A stretch of DNA of 64,000 bases from a virus (lineage: Duplodnaviria; Heunggongvirae; Uroviricota; Caudoviricetes): the IMG/VR virus record IMGVR_UViG_2799112330_000002, positions 192,001-256,000 of that record; one strand, given 5' to 3'. The notes under the pieces were generated by a model, which saw nothing but the letters and a program-made list of their open reading frames with translations, was not told the origin of the DNA and did no database searches. Positions 1-11,096 of the stretch are shown piece after piece (positions within the stretch are counted from its first letter, which is position 1; the number at the start of each line of letters is the position of its first letter). The translations under genes and the position numbers were made by a program.

Positions 1-1033
1 ATAAAAAGTTTAAACCAACAAGTGAGTCATTATACATTTTTAATTTATCAATAAATGTTGTTATTGTTTGAATATAACTATCATATGCCGGTTGAACTAA
101 CTTATCTAATAATGTCTGATTATTAATATTAATTTTCTCAATTAAGCTTTCTGATATTGTTTTATTTATATCATTTAATGATTTTATAATATTATTAATA
201 ATATTTTGATCAATAACAGCTGATTTATTAGTTTCATCATTATTTATCGGTTTTATATTATTGAATTGATTAAAAAACTTTGACAAATTAAATGAACTTA
301 AAGCTGTACATAATGTATCTATCTTATTATTAATATCATTTAATTTTTGTTCACTATTTTTAAATAAATCTTTAATATCTAATACTTTTAGTAATTGATT
401 AATTCCTTGAATATGTTTATCACTGATTGTAGTTAAACCGTCAATACTATTCTTTAATGTATCAATATGTGTTATAATTTCTGGGTCTATTATACCTGTT
501 GATACATTAGAAGATACATCTGGCTGTTCTAACTTTTTATTTAATATTTGTTCAAATTGAGTATAATTACTTGCTATAGCATTAAGACTATTAACTAAAT
601 TACTATTTAATGCTTGTATTGATTCGGTATTTGTACTCATTAGTTTACCAAATTCTACAAATGATGTATTAATAAACTTATCTAATGATGAATCAATACT
701 ATTTACAGCTGATTTAATAGTCTTTCCATCATCCTTTGAACCAATAGCATCTTTAATCTCATCTAATAAAGAATATATAGAATTATTATTTCCTAATATT
801 GAAGTTCCACCCGCCTTCTGCTTTGATTTGTTTCCTAAATCTGTTGGGTTCTTAACCTGATCATCACCAACATAGAAACTAGCCATTGTTTTACTAATTC
901 CTTCTGATAAGTTTTGAAGAAGATCTTTTATTGTTGCTTCTACACCAGGTATAGCTCCAGCTTTTATAATTTCTTCTGGATTTCCCGCTCTTTTATTTCC
1001 AAATCTTGAAGTATTATTTTCTTTCTTGGCCAT
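1..1033 (-). CDS. Large helical protein, N-terminal part (runs off the window); possibly tape-measure-like
   Basis: ATG at 1033 opens MAKKENNTSRFGNKRAGNPEEIIKAG..., an amphipathic I/L/N/S-rich frame that stays open to base 1. It is preceded by the TTATTTTTAAT motif shared by structural genes. Function is a guess. Confidence 0.55.
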   Translation of the reverse strand, partial: MAKKENNTSRFGNKRAGNPEEIIKAGAIPGVEATIKDLLQNLSEGISKTMASFYVGDDQVKNPTDLGNKSKQKAGGTSILGNNNSIYSLLDEIKDAIGSKDDGKTIKSAVNSIDSSLDKFINTSFVEFGKLMSTNTESIQALNSNLVNSLNAIASNYTQFEQILNKKLEQPDVSSNVSTGIIDPEIITHIDTLKNSIDGLTTISDKHIQGINQLLKVLDIKDLFKNSEQKLNDINNKIDTLCTALSSFNLSKFFNQFNNIKPINNDETNKSAVIDQNIINNIIKSLNDINKTISESLIEKININNQTLLDKLVQPAYDSYIQTITTFIDKLKMYNDSLVGLNFL

Positions 1034-1110
1034 AGTTAAAATTTTCTAAATCAATATTGAAATATATTATTCTATATATAATTAAAAATAACTTTATTAT
1101 ATAAATTTTA

Positions 1111-1140
1111 TTGAAATTTTCTTATAATGAACTATATTTA
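1111..1140 (+). promoter_or_regulatory. Putative early/middle promoter TTGAA-N16-CTATATT (representative copy)
   Basis: Identical spacing at 1111, 16948 and 48142; CTATATT/CTATTTT core also at 11182, 14997, 17900, 20478, 30802, 55424 and 56388. Confidence 0.55.
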
Positions 1141-1163
1141 TAATATAAAAAATTAAAGTATAT

Positions 1164-1535
1164 ATGAAGAAAAATTTTTCAGATTTTGAGTTGCATTTGG
1201 TTTCAAAAGTGCTTGGTCCACAGTTTAAGGTAAGATTTAATAAATGTGGTAATATTACAGTTGAGCATGCTACACCATCACGAGAATTTTGGACATTATA
1301 TTATGTTAATCATAATTATCTTTGGAGAAAACATGATGGATATGGTTATTGTTATCCTTTGCACATGATAAATAGACACCGAATAGGTCCCATTCAGAAG
1401 TATGTATCATGTGGAAAGACTTATTATTGTTGTCAAAGAGAATTCAATATCAAATGGTGTGAGTTCTATAGTTTCAATAATGCCCTTGAATATTTTGTAA
1501 ATTATCTTAATAAGTATAGACATATCAAAGTATGA
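1164..1535 (+). CDS. Hypothetical protein
   Basis: 123-aa ORF downstream of a TTGA..CTATATT motif; ATGA overlap with the next gene. Confidence 0.7.
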   Translation: MKKNFSDFELHLVSKVLGPQFKVRFNKCGNITVEHATPSREFWTLYYVNHNYLWRKHDGYGYCYPLHMINRHRIGPIQKYVSCGKTYYCCQREFNIKWCEFYSFNNALEYFVNYLNKYRHIKV

Positions 1536-2020
1536 ACAAGAATCATTTTAAGTATTACATTTATACCCGTTATGAGTATTATTCACCATCAGGAAAGACC
1601 TTTACAGATTGGTTTATAGATAGTGAGGGATATACTGATAAGAATAAAGCCGATGAATATTTGAAGAAGCAGAAAGAGCTGGGAAAGGCTACATTCAAAA
1701 GTACTAAGCTTAAGCATGAATATGAACTTAGATATCAGGATGAGACACTTGTTGTCCAAAGAAGATTGCATCGCCCAAAAGGTCGTCCAAAGAAGACAGA
1801 CAAAGAATATTTAGACAAAATCATAAAAGAATTGAATAAAAGTGGTAGTATTGTTATAAATAATGATGTAAAGAACTATATTTATAATAACAAGGAAGAA
1901 AACCAATATATTGAAGAACATATCAAAGACAAAACAAAGTATTTGAGATATTGGTATGATGAAGAAGGAATATTGACATTATTTTTGAAAGATAGAGAGA
2001 CAGAAAAGGTATATGATTAA
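1532..2020 (+). CDS. Hypothetical protein with AT-hook-like motif
   Basis: 162 aa containing RPKGRPKK. Confidence 0.65.
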   Translation: MNKNHFKYYIYTRYEYYSPSGKTFTDWFIDSEGYTDKNKADEYLKKQKELGKATFKSTKLKHEYELRYQDETLVVQRRLHRPKGRPKKTDKEYLDKIIKELNKSGSIVINNDVKNYIYNNKEENQYIEEHIKDKTKYLRYWYDEEGILTLFLKDRETEKVYD

Positions 2021-2042
2021 TTATTATATATAAAAGAAAACT

Positions 2043-2309
2043 ATGGGAAAATATAATGAGATTAAAGATAATTTTGTGAACAACTTCTTTGATAAGATCT
2101 TTACACATTCTACAGTTTCAGTAAAGAAGCATATATTTGAGAAAATGAGAGAATATTGTCCATTTGATATTATGCCATCATCAGATTTCAATACATTACG
2201 AATTGACTTAGGAGATGATATTGTATTAAGTTTTAATATTGAATGGAATGAACGAGAGACAAATCACGGACATATATATACATTAAACAGAGTATACTAT
2301 GACAATTAA
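2043..2309 (+). CDS. Hypothetical protein
   Basis: 88-aa ORF in an operon-like run. Confidence 0.65.
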   Translation: MGKYNEIKDNFVNNFFDKIFTHSTVSVKKHIFEKMREYCPFDIMPSSDFNTLRIDLGDDIVLSFNIEWNERETNHGHIYTLNRVYYDN

Positions 2310-2685
2310 ATTTAAAAGTAAATCAATAAAAGAAAAGGATGCTGTTACATATGATCCTGAACAGTTTCAAGATGTTGGTGTATTGACTGTTGGAAATGAA
2401 TATATCTTTCCTATGAAGAAAGTGGAAGAGAATTCAAATGTTGCTTTCATTGGATATATTGGACAAACAGAAACATTAGTCATTCAATATAAAGCAATGA
2501 AGAAGACACCAGATGGATATGATATTGGATTTAGGACAGAAAATGTTGGATTCTTTTATCATAATGTTCCTGAAAATGTTTGGAAAAATTTAGTGAAAGC
2601 AAAATCAAAATCAAACTATATCAATAAGAACATTAAGAAAAACTACCTATTTCACACGGAACAAATAGAAAATGGAGATCATTAA
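2299..2685 (+). CDS. KTSC-domain protein
   Basis: SNVAFIGY...LVIQY...YHNVPENVWKNLVKAKSKSNYINKNIK follows the KTSC pattern. Confidence 0.7.
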   Translation: MTIKFKSKSIKEKDAVTYDPEQFQDVGVLTVGNEYIFPMKKVEENSNVAFIGYIGQTETLVIQYKAMKKTPDGYDIGFRTENVGFFYHNVPENVWKNLVKAKSKSNYINKNIKKNYLFHTEQIENGDH

Positions 2686-2697
2686 GATCTCCATTTT
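2669..2697. terminator. Bidirectional hairpin terminator
   Basis: aaaatggagatc-attaa-gatctccatttt between convergent genes. Confidence 0.8.
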
Positions 2698-2711
2698 TGT
2701 ATGTATATAAT

Positions 2712-5700
2712 TTAGAATTCACTTTCAGCTTCTTGTATTTTAGTTGTAAAATTAGACCATGATGGATGATTCTTATAAACTTCTTCACACCCAGGTTCCA
2801 CATATATTTTTTGAATATGTTCTGATATTTCTATTGAACCATTATATATTGTATTACCATCTGATTCAACTGCTTGTGGTGGTACTTTTGCTCTAATACG
2901 TATAGTTTTTAATTTATCATTATAAGTTAAACCGGAATAATAATAAATTTTTTCTATGTTTGATCCTAATGTTAGTCTTTCTAGATCTGGCATATTCCAT
3001 ATTGCATTATGTCCAATATATTTTACATGATTGCCAGTATCAAGAAATGGTAATTTAGCAACAGAACAGAAAATATGATCAGCAAAATCTTCAACTGTAT
3101 TTGGAATAGCTGTATTTGCGCATCCACGAACCATAGTATTCTTTAAATATACATGATTACCATATACAAGATGTTCTTTATTTAAATCATCATTAGTCAA
3201 TATAATAGCATTACAATTACCCCTTGAATCAAACCATTCATTGTCAGGATGAACTTTAAATGTCGTTATCATCGATGCGCTTTCGGCAAATGCAATATTT
3301 ATTTTTGAAACTGTTGAAGAAATATATATTTCACACCCATTTGGATTACTAATTCCATTAAATGTGCTATTATTAATTTCTTGTATATTTGTTCCGATAA
3401 TTATTTTTCTAATATTTTGTTGTGTAACTTTATAAGTAATAGCATCTTGATCATTTGATCTTGAATCTTTAATATTATTTCCAAATAAATTACTAGAACT
3501 AATTTTGTTTAATTGTTGAGATTGCCCAGATTGTGGATTAATATATATTTCTTTTATTTCTCCATCAATTTCTGCATATATTCGTGTTTCTGGAATCTCT
3601 TCCCAATATTCATCTTCAATAGGAATAAAATAATCTTTTTCAATTTCTTTATCATCTAATACTGGATATAGATTGTCTTCATATTCTTTGTTTATTCTAA
3701 AGTTTCCTATTGTTCTATATTCATAGTTATTCAATCCATCAATAGTATAGTTCAATAATACATTATAGTATCCTTTAGTATACATATTATTGTAGTTATT
3801 ATTTTGAATAATCATAATATTTGGATTAGCATTTACCTTAGTAATGTTCTGTAGATCATTTATATGCTTTATCTCCCATTTTTCATGAAGATCAATATTG
3901 AACAATTGGTTGTCATTAGTCAAAGTAACAATAACTAGATCATCATCATTGAAGTGATTCATACCATTTGCTTTGATAATGTCCATTCTATTTACTAAAG
4001 GTTTCTCAAGACTAAATCCGCTATATTTGATTGAATAGTTTGTATATGTATATTCTGATTGATGTATCTTCAGTTCTTCTTCAGTATTATAATATACAGG
4101 ATATCTAGAAATAAGTACTATATACCAATATGTAGGGTGTTTTAAGTCACCAGGTTTTAATGCACCTTCTAAATTTCTATTATGCTCATCAATATCATTT
4201 TTAGTATAATATATTGGTTCTATTTTCCAATCATCTATAGTCTTTTCATATGCATCATCTCCTTCTTGGGCATTATCAATTTCTTCTTGAGTATAATGTT
4301 CACCATCTACTTTAATTGTTCCATATTGTAATGCACCAGAAAGTTTAAGATTATTTTCATTTATTTCTATAATATTATATTCTTCATATTCATCATGCAT
4401 TAGATAAGCATCATAGTCAGGAATCTCATTTATCTGTATAGCAAACTCATATGAATGCAATTCTGGGAATAGTAATGTATAAAGTTCAATGTTCTTTGGA
4501 TTATTATCATATTCAAGTTTCACATCATCTTTATACAGCTCAAATATATGGATCTTGTTATAGTATTTCTTATTATAAGGTATTGTTATCTTTCCTCTAT
4601 AATATTGACTATAGAACTCTCTCATTAACTGTTTGTCATATAATTCTTGAAGTTCTTGTCTTTTCTGTTCTATTTCTTCTGTTTCAATAGATAAGTTATC
4701 AATTTCCTTTTGTGTCTCTTCAATTGATGCATCATATATTGTCTTAAGTTTTTCTAAGAATGACAATACCTTTTTGTTCTGACCATCTACTTCAATCATA
4801 AGATTATTTGTTTCATCATTTTTGTCTATTAAGAACAGACTATTGATAGATACTAGATCAGGTTGATACATAAATGAATTGAAATGTATGTCATTACCAT
4901 TTATTGATAATATTTGCTTAAACATTGTCTTATTGTCTTTCAAGAAATACCTGTAATAAAGTTTACCGAATTCCAGATAGATATTAGGCTTCTTTACAGT
5001 AAATACATATTCAAACCATTTGTTGTTTACAAGCATATTGATCTTAAACTCACATTTTAACCAGTCAATATTTTTCTTGAACAGTCTTGGTACTAATATG
5101 AGATTTCTATAATATTCATTAATGTTTTGATAGAAATTGAATTTGTCATCATCAATAAGAATACCATAGTCAATAGCATAGAGATTTGAATCACTTATAA
5201 ACTTAAGTTGTCCATCATATATAATATAGTTATTTGAACTGTCTTCTAATCCAAACTTATTATATAACTTATCAACATATATGTAGTTATCATCAATCAA
5301 TGCATATTTTCTATAGTTGTTTGTGGCAAGTAATGAATCAATATCAGCATAGACTCCATATTTGTCAACATATTCTTGCAATACTTCTTTATATGGTCTT
5401 CTATATGTATATGATAGTATAAGATAACAACGGAAATAATATGAGCTAATGTCTACATATCTATTAGATGCATTTAGACGTGTTGGCTCATCGTATTTTG
5501 ATAATTTGTAATGAGTAGCATATTCTGGTAATGTCTCTCTATATTCATCATTTTCATCTTTACCCAGATATTGAAGAGGCTTGAGATGAACACTATCAAT
5601 TAGTATATATTCTCCCTTGTCATATTGTGTATATCTTGAGTCTACTTTGATGATCTTTATTGGAATAGTTATACAATTTTCATTCACATAGTATAAGTCT

Positions 5701-7856
5701 TCAAAGTCATAATTGTTATTATAATTGCTAAATTCATTGAACTTTGAATCTATAAGATGAGTTGTCTTATAATAGAGTAATTCATTTGATTCTGGAAATT
5801 CAACAATAACATCATCATTAGATATATATACATTTGAAGGTGTTTCTTTAGTAAATGCAAATGAAGACATCTTTATGTCATTAGCATATACTTTTCTTTC
5901 TATAGATGCTCTATTTATCTTTACATGTACAGGAAGGAAATATGTCTGATAGTAATAAGCTAAACAGTCAAGTTTTAATGCTAATTCACGGAATATGAAG
6001 TCATAATAAGGCTTATAGAAAGTAAGATGTTCATGTTGTACTTCTTCAACTTTATCAAATAAGTTTTCAAGATATGGATTTCCTTCACCAACAAAGTCAG
6101 CATTCCAGTTTTGAAAATTATATATTCCTGTCTCCATATTCTCTTTCAAAGACAAGGACACCATATTTGATTCATTGAAGAATCTATAAGTATATTTTAA
6201 GTCATTGTCTATTGTGAAATAGTCTAATATGTATTGGTCTTGAAAGTCGTTATCAGTCTTCAATAGTTTACTTATTTCTATTTTGTCACCCCATCCGAAC
6301 CAATATAGAGACTTAAGCATTGAATTGAAATTACCGCATTCTCCTCTTATGCCCATATAGTTCAAAAGAAGTTCTTTCATCTTGTCTTTCAATAGTTTCT
6401 CATCAACTGTCTTGTTGTATATTGATGATTGATAGAATGCTTTCACAATGTCTTTAGGGAAACGGAATCCCATGTTTTGTCCATTGATAATCAATTCTTC
6501 ACATTCATCTACAAATGTTCCTCCAATAGTTATAGGTGTATATTCTGTTGCAAGTTTGAATACTGGTCTGTCTTCATCTACCCCATCCTCTGTAACAGTT
6601 ACCTTACTACTTAAATCAAACCAAATATCTCTTACATCAGTTTTTTCTTCTGCATTTGGACGTATATTTAAAGATATTGCTTCATCAATAGTTAATGTTC
6701 TATCTGGTTTTAAACGTTTATCAACATATCTGTATTGTTGTTCTTGGTCATCATAGCCATAGCATTCAACCCATTGCGCTTCATGCTCTTCATCAGTTTC
6801 TTTTTCAAATTTAGTAATAATATCATCTGTATTACCATGTGTTCTTTTATAATCCAGATAATCACTTATATATTTACCATCATGGTTAAATCCTATTTCA
6901 CTTTCACAATAACAACAATGTTGATATAAATGACACTTAAAACGATATATTTTATCTTTACTTAGATATTCACCTTCCTTAAATTTAAATATAACATGGA
7001 AAGATTCTTCCGGATATCCAGGTTTTCTGGGTAGGTTAAAACCAAATTTTTTCTTAAAGTTTCTTTGTCTTGTTATTTCAGTTCCTTCAAAAAATTGGTT
7101 ATTACTATGAGGAGTAATGATTTCTACTTCAACTACATCACCATCATATTCAACATTTTCTCCTATTTTATATTCTGGATAGATTGTCTTCACCAAAGTT
7201 TCTGTTGGCCCATTAACTTCAAATATCTCTATTTTGTCAAATGTCTGTTTCAAAAGATCATCATAATATTCTTCCTTAGATGCCGTTATTGTCTTTGTCT
7301 TTGGGGTATTGTCAGGGTTTACATCTTGAACATTTGTAGAATAATTGCACTTTATCATTATATTAGACAAGAATGTGCCTTCAAACTTACTATACCCAAC
7401 AACATAGAATGGGAACATTATATATTTCTTGTCCTCATTATATACTATAAGACTATTGTCAATATTTTGTATATCAAAATAGAAATCTGAAAGATCAAGT
7501 TTGTTTGTGAAATCTTTATCAGCTTTAAAGAAGATACTGTCATTAAGTGTTTGGACATTATCTGCTTCAATCTTTTCCTGAATTGTCTTTGGTGAAATAA
7601 GTCTATAGAAATTTGAATCAGATTCAATTGTCAAAGAAAAACCTTCATTCACACCTTCTTCATATATATCTGATAGCTCTTTAAGGAAATCATAAGACAT
7701 CAGAAACTTAATTGGAAGAATATAATAGTTATTGATTGATATCTGATCTTCCTTAATCCAGAACACATATTCTTGCTCATCATATTTTATAGCAACTGGA
7801 TCATCATCATAAGTCTTCAAACTAAATACATGTCCTAAATTATCAATAAATTCCAT
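2712..7856 (-). CDS. Large virion (baseplate/tail-associated) protein with C-terminal BspA/LRR_5 domain
   Basis: About 1714 aa. The C-terminus has LRR_5-type segments (IPNTVEDFADHIF, LTLGSNIEKI, IYVEPGCEEVYKNHPSW). Late-type motif upstream; ATG at 7856. Confidence 0.6.
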   Translation of the reverse strand: MEFIDNLGHVFSLKTYDDDPVAIKYDEQEYVFWIKEDQISINNYYILPIKFLMSYDFLKELSDIYEEGVNEGFSLTIESDSNFYRLISPKTIQEKIEADNVQTLNDSIFFKADKDFTNKLDLSDFYFDIQNIDNSLIVYNEDKKYIMFPFYVVGYSKFEGTFLSNIMIKCNYSTNVQDVNPDNTPKTKTITASKEEYYDDLLKQTFDKIEIFEVNGPTETLVKTIYPEYKIGENVEYDGDVVEVEIITPHSNNQFFEGTEITRQRNFKKKFGFNLPRKPGYPEESFHVIFKFKEGEYLSKDKIYRFKCHLYQHCCYCESEIGFNHDGKYISDYLDYKRTHGNTDDIITKFEKETDEEHEAQWVECYGYDDQEQQYRYVDKRLKPDRTLTIDEAISLNIRPNAEEKTDVRDIWFDLSSKVTVTEDGVDEDRPVFKLATEYTPITIGGTFVDECEELIINGQNMGFRFPKDIVKAFYQSSIYNKTVDEKLLKDKMKELLLNYMGIRGECGNFNSMLKSLYWFGWGDKIEISKLLKTDNDFQDQYILDYFTIDNDLKYTYRFFNESNMVSLSLKENMETGIYNFQNWNADFVGEGNPYLENLFDKVEEVQHEHLTFYKPYYDFIFRELALKLDCLAYYYQTYFLPVHVKINRASIERKVYANDIKMSSFAFTKETPSNVYISNDDVIVEFPESNELLYYKTTHLIDSKFNEFSNYNNNYDFEDLYYVNENCITIPIKIIKVDSRYTQYDKGEYILIDSVHLKPLQYLGKDENDEYRETLPEYATHYKLSKYDEPTRLNASNRYVDISSYYFRCYLILSYTYRRPYKEVLQEYVDKYGVYADIDSLLATNNYRKYALIDDNYIYVDKLYNKFGLEDSSNNYIIYDGQLKFISDSNLYAIDYGILIDDDKFNFYQNINEYYRNLILVPRLFKKNIDWLKCEFKINMLVNNKWFEYVFTVKKPNIYLEFGKLYYRYFLKDNKTMFKQILSINGNDIHFNSFMYQPDLVSINSLFLIDKNDETNNLMIEVDGQNKKVLSFLEKLKTIYDASIEETQKEIDNLSIETEEIEQKRQELQELYDKQLMREFYSQYYRGKITIPYNKKYYNKIHIFELYKDDVKLEYDNNPKNIELYTLLFPELHSYEFAIQINEIPDYDAYLMHDEYEEYNIIEINENNLKLSGALQYGTIKVDGEHYTQEEIDNAQEGDDAYEKTIDDWKIEPIYYTKNDIDEHNRNLEGALKPGDLKHPTYWYIVLISRYPVYYNTEEELKIHQSEYTYTNYSIKYSGFSLEKPLVNRMDIIKANGMNHFNDDDLVIVTLTNDNQLFNIDLHEKWEIKHINDLQNITKVNANPNIMIIQNNNYNNMYTKGYYNVLLNYTIDGLNNYEYRTIGNFRINKEYEDNLYPVLDDKEIEKDYFIPIEDEYWEEIPETRIYAEIDGEIKEIYINPQSGQSQQLNKISSSNLFGNNIKDSRSNDQDAITYKVTQQNIRKIIIGTNIQEINNSTFNGISNPNGCEIYISSTVSKINIAFAESASMITTFKVHPDNEWFDSRGNCNAIILTNDDLNKEHLVYGNHVYLKNTMVRGCANTAIPNTVEDFADHIFCSVAKLPFLDTGNHVKYIGHNAIWNMPDLERLTLGSNIEKIYYYSGLTYNDKLKTIRIRAKVPPQAVESDGNTIYNGSIEISEHIQKIYVEPGCEEVYKNHPSWSNFTTKIQEAESEF

Positions 7857-7927
7857 AGACAAAAATTATTTCTAATACATAAATTTATATAATTAAAAAT
7901 AATTTTAAACAATTAAATTTAGGGCAT

Positions 7928-8335
7928 TTATGTTAAACAAAGTTTAGATTCTCTATTAACATTTTCAAGACTATCTGAGGAATGCATTCCATTTTTCATT
8001 TCATCTTTACCCCAGACTTTTCTTACTTTGTCTTTTATCTTCTTCATATCATCAATTGGATCATCACAACTCTTATGACAAGAGCAACATAGGCATTCAT
8101 CACTTGACATATATTGGCATAGATCATCATAGAAATCTTTATCCTTATGCATTATATAAAGTTCTTTAGCTGTTTCAATAGGTAATTTCTTTTGTTCTTT
8201 TTGAACAACATCCCATCCATTGTTTTTCAGTAAGGTCAAAAAATCTTCAGTATGATCTAAGAATTCTGGCTTTAAGATAACAAAACCATTCAATTCATTT
8301 TGGGATTCTTTAATATGCTCAGTAAATTTCTTCAT
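7928..8335 (-). CDS. ndk: Nucleoside diphosphate kinase-like protein with CTS-like leader
   Basis: VILKPE, AKELY..HKDKDFY..L..YMSS and catalytic NGMHSSDS; N-terminus MKKFTEHIKES. Confidence 0.8.
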   Translation of the reverse strand: MKKFTEHIKESQNELNGFVILKPEFLDHTEDFLTLLKNNGWDVVQKEQKKLPIETAKELYIMHKDKDFYDDLCQYMSSDECLCCSCHKSCDDPIDDMKKIKDKVRKVWGKDEMKNGMHSSDSLENVNRESKLCLT

Positions 8336-8357
8336 ATATATTATTTAATATTATTTA

Positions 8358-8978
8358 TTACTTTGTTTGTGAGTGCCAGCGTTTAGGCCATTTTGTCTTA
8401 TCTTTTTCAACTGGGCAATTCTTTACCATGAGACATTGATCTGCGGATGGATCAATATTCCATTTATAAAGACTATGGTTGAATGGAGTATCTTTAAACA
8501 TCATAGAAAAGTATTTAACATTCTTTACATTCCAGTTAGAAACATCTCCATTGAATTCTGATTGTGTAAACATAAATGACATTTCTTCAACATTACTTAC
8601 ATCCCATAAAGATATATCTTGATTAAACTTTGTACCATTAAACATACCAAACATATTTTTTACATTTGAAACATCCCACATAGAGAGATCTCCGTTGAAT
8701 TCGGAATTAAAAAACATGCAACGCATAGATTTAACTTTACTTACATCCCATAAAGATATATCTCCATTAAATTTAGAATAATAAAATACTTCATCCATAT
8801 CTGTTATTTTTGAAGTATCTATATCATTAAGATCAGCATTATTGCCTCTTTCTTTAATTAATTCTTTTACTAATTTTATTAATTCATCTTTTGTTTCTGG
8901 ATGATAGTTATATTTAGACTTAAGATTGTCTTTTGATAGCCTGAATTTCTCTATTATGAACTGACTTAGTTTCTTCAT
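8358..8978 (-). CDS. DUF285/BspA-like repeat protein (array 1, about 5 repeats)
   Basis: MKKLSQFIIEKFRLSKDN leader, LNDIDTS cap, FNGDISxWDVSNVxxMxxMF repeats. Confidence 0.9.
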   Translation of the reverse strand: MKKLSQFIIEKFRLSKDNLKSKYNYHPETKDELIKLVKELIKERGNNADLNDIDTSKITDMDEVFYYSKFNGDISLWDVSKVKSMRCMFFNSEFNGDLSMWDVSNVKNMFGMFNGTKFNQDISLWDVSNVEEMSFMFTQSEFNGDVSNWNVKNVKYFSMMFKDTPFNHSLYKWNIDPSADQCLMVKNCPVEKDKTKWPKRWHSQTK

Positions 8979-8995
8979 ATACATTATTATTTTAT

Positions 8996-9598
8996 TTATT
9001 CTTTATACCATGCTGGAGGATTCTTTTCTAATGGAGAATAACAAAACATCCATTTCATATCTTTAACATTACTTACATCCCATCCCGTTATATCTCCATT
9101 AAACTTAGATTTTTCAAACATTTTAAACATATACTTAACATTACTTACATCCCATTCTGATATATCTCCAGTAAATTGTGACTCCTGAAACATGCATGAC
9201 ATATTTTCAACATTACTTACATTCCATTTAGAGATATCTCCATTAAATTTTGACCTATAAAACATACATGCCATTTTTTTAACATTGCTTACATCCCATC
9301 CTGATATATCTCCATTAAACACTGATTCTTGAAACATATATTGCATATCTTTTACATTACTTACATCCCATAAAGAGATGTCTCCATTGAATTCTGATTC
9401 TGAAAATATATCAAACATATTGGTAATTTTAGAAGTATCTATATCATTAAGATCTGCATCATTACCTCTTTCTTCAATGAGTTTCTTTACTAATTCTTTT
9501 AGTTCATCTTTTGTCTTAGGATGATAGTTATAATGATGTTCAAGATTGTCTTTTGATAAGCGAAATTTCTCTATAATGAACTGGTTTAGTTTCTTCAT
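8996..9598 (-). CDS. DUF285/BspA-like repeat protein (array 1, 5 repeats)
   Basis: Same leader, 24-aa repeats, PLEKNPPAWY C-cap. Confidence 0.9.
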   Translation of the reverse strand: MKKLNQFIIEKFRLSKDNLEHHYNYHPKTKDELKELVKKLIEERGNDADLNDIDTSKITNMFDIFSESEFNGDISLWDVSNVKDMQYMFQESVFNGDISGWDVSNVKKMACMFYRSKFNGDISKWNVSNVENMSCMFQESQFTGDISEWDVSNVKYMFKMFEKSKFNGDITGWDVSNVKDMKWMFCYSPLEKNPPAWYKE

Positions 9599-9630
9599 AT
9601 ATATTATTATATTATTACTTTATTTATTCT

Positions 9631-10155
9631 TTAATACCATGCTGGTGGATCATCTTCTAATGGAGATTCATAAAACATATTATACATATGTTCAACATTA
9701 CTTACATCCCATTTAGATATATCTTGGCTAAACTCAGAAGCTTCAAACATTTCTTCCATATTAATAACATTTGTAACATCCCATTCAGATATGTCTCCAT
9801 CAAATTTAGAACTAGCAAACATATGATCCATATTCTTAACATTGTTTACATCCCATTGAGATATATCTCCATTAAATTTAGATTCTGCAAACATATAACG
9901 CATATCTTCAACATTACTTACATTCCATTCAGAGATGTTTCCATTAAAATTAGAATTCCAAAATAAAAAAGCCATATCAGTAATTTCTGCTGTATCTATA
10001 TCATTAAGATCAGCATTATTGCCTCTTTCTTTAATTAATTTATCTACTAATTTACTTAGTTGATCTTTTGTCTTAGGAGATTTATATGTTAGTTCTCTAA
10101 TATTATCTCTTGATAGTCTGAATTTTTCTGTTATGAACTGATTTAGTTTTTTCAT
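9631..10155 (-). CDS. DUF285/BspA-like repeat protein (array 1, 4 repeats)
   Basis: Same architecture; lies 9 nt downstream of the neck gene. Confidence 0.9.
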   Translation of the reverse strand: MKKLNQFITEKFRLSRDNIRELTYKSPKTKDQLSKLVDKLIKERGNNADLNDIDTAEITDMAFLFWNSNFNGNISEWNVSNVEDMRYMFAESKFNGDISQWDVNNVKNMDHMFASSKFDGDISEWDVTNVINMEEMFEASEFSQDISKWDVSNVEHMYNMFYESPLEDDPPAWY

Positions 10156-10164
10156 ATATTATGT

Positions 10165-11079
10165 TTATATTGTATTTGTATTGAAGAAGTAATCAGCGCT
10201 ATGATTTTTCTGAACCCATTCTTCTATTTTTTGTATTTCTTCAGAAGCCATATCTGAAAATCTTGAATAGTTGATTGTTACTCCGCCGGGCATACGGAAT
10301 TCAAATGCACCCATAATAGTAGACATACTTCTAAGTCCAAATGCAACACATAGTCTAAAGAAATAATAGTTCTTATATAAATCTTGTATCTTACATCTTA
10401 TAAATGTTTGTAATACCACATCTGATGGTCCAAGATCTCCCATTATTACTAAATCATTAGAGAATTCATTATAGTTGAAAGTTACAGGAACATCAAATAC
10501 AGATTTGAATGTACTGATTTCATAAAGTCCAGCAACCATGTCTGTCAATCTGTATCCTGAACCGTCTCCATAAGTGTCTGTCAAAGTACCGCCAGCACCA
10601 GATGCTAATATAGTATTGTTTATTACCATACGTTCTAGTGAAAAGTCTGACATTGCTCCATAATAATAGTTTGGATTTACTTTATATACACCAAAAACAC
10701 TAAGTACTTGTGGAGGTAGTTTGACAGTTGTATTATTGCATTTCCTACAAAAGTCTCTGTTTCGTACAACAAAATATCTTTCTTCAATACAGAAATCACA
10801 ATTCTGCCAAAACCATTGGGCCGCTTGAATAATAAGTGGGGGAATAGATGCTGCTGGAATAGGAAGAGGCAAAGCGCATGATTGAGTCAATTCCTGAATA
10901 ATTCTCTGAATGAACTGATAATCAATCTGATCTTCCTGCTTTTGTCTAAGCTTCAAATAATCCTGCATTGATGTTGTTTGTGTAACTGGCTGATTTCCAT
11001 TTGGATTTGTTCCAGAATTGTTTTGTGTAGGATCAATTGTTATATTGTTTATTCTATCTTGAACTGTATTACAAGCCAT
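10165..11079 (-). CDS. Neck/head-completion protein (T4 gp13-like)
   Basis: C-terminal FEFRMPGGVTINYSRFSDMASEEIQKIEE resembles the gp13-family LPGGVTLNG...EI..LE signature. Confidence 0.7.
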   Translation of the reverse strand: MACNTVQDRINNITIDPTQNNSGTNPNGNQPVTQTTSMQDYLKLRQKQEDQIDYQFIQRIIQELTQSCALPLPIPAASIPPLIIQAAQWFWQNCDFCIEERYFVVRNRDFCRKCNNTTVKLPPQVLSVFGVYKVNPNYYYGAMSDFSLERMVINNTILASGAGGTLTDTYGDGSGYRLTDMVAGLYEISTFKSVFDVPVTFNYNEFSNDLVIMGDLGPSDVVLQTFIRCKIQDLYKNYYFFRLCVAFGLRSMSTIMGAFEFRMPGGVTINYSRFSDMASEEIQKIEEWVQKNHSADYFFNTNTI

Positions 11080-11096
11080 TTCTTAACTATTATTGA

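Noticed and set aside
4451-7627. Short ORFs overlapping the 1714-aa gene (and similar ones over dnaK, the primase and tail genes)
   Set aside because: Nested in long, well-supported genes, with no recognisable motifs
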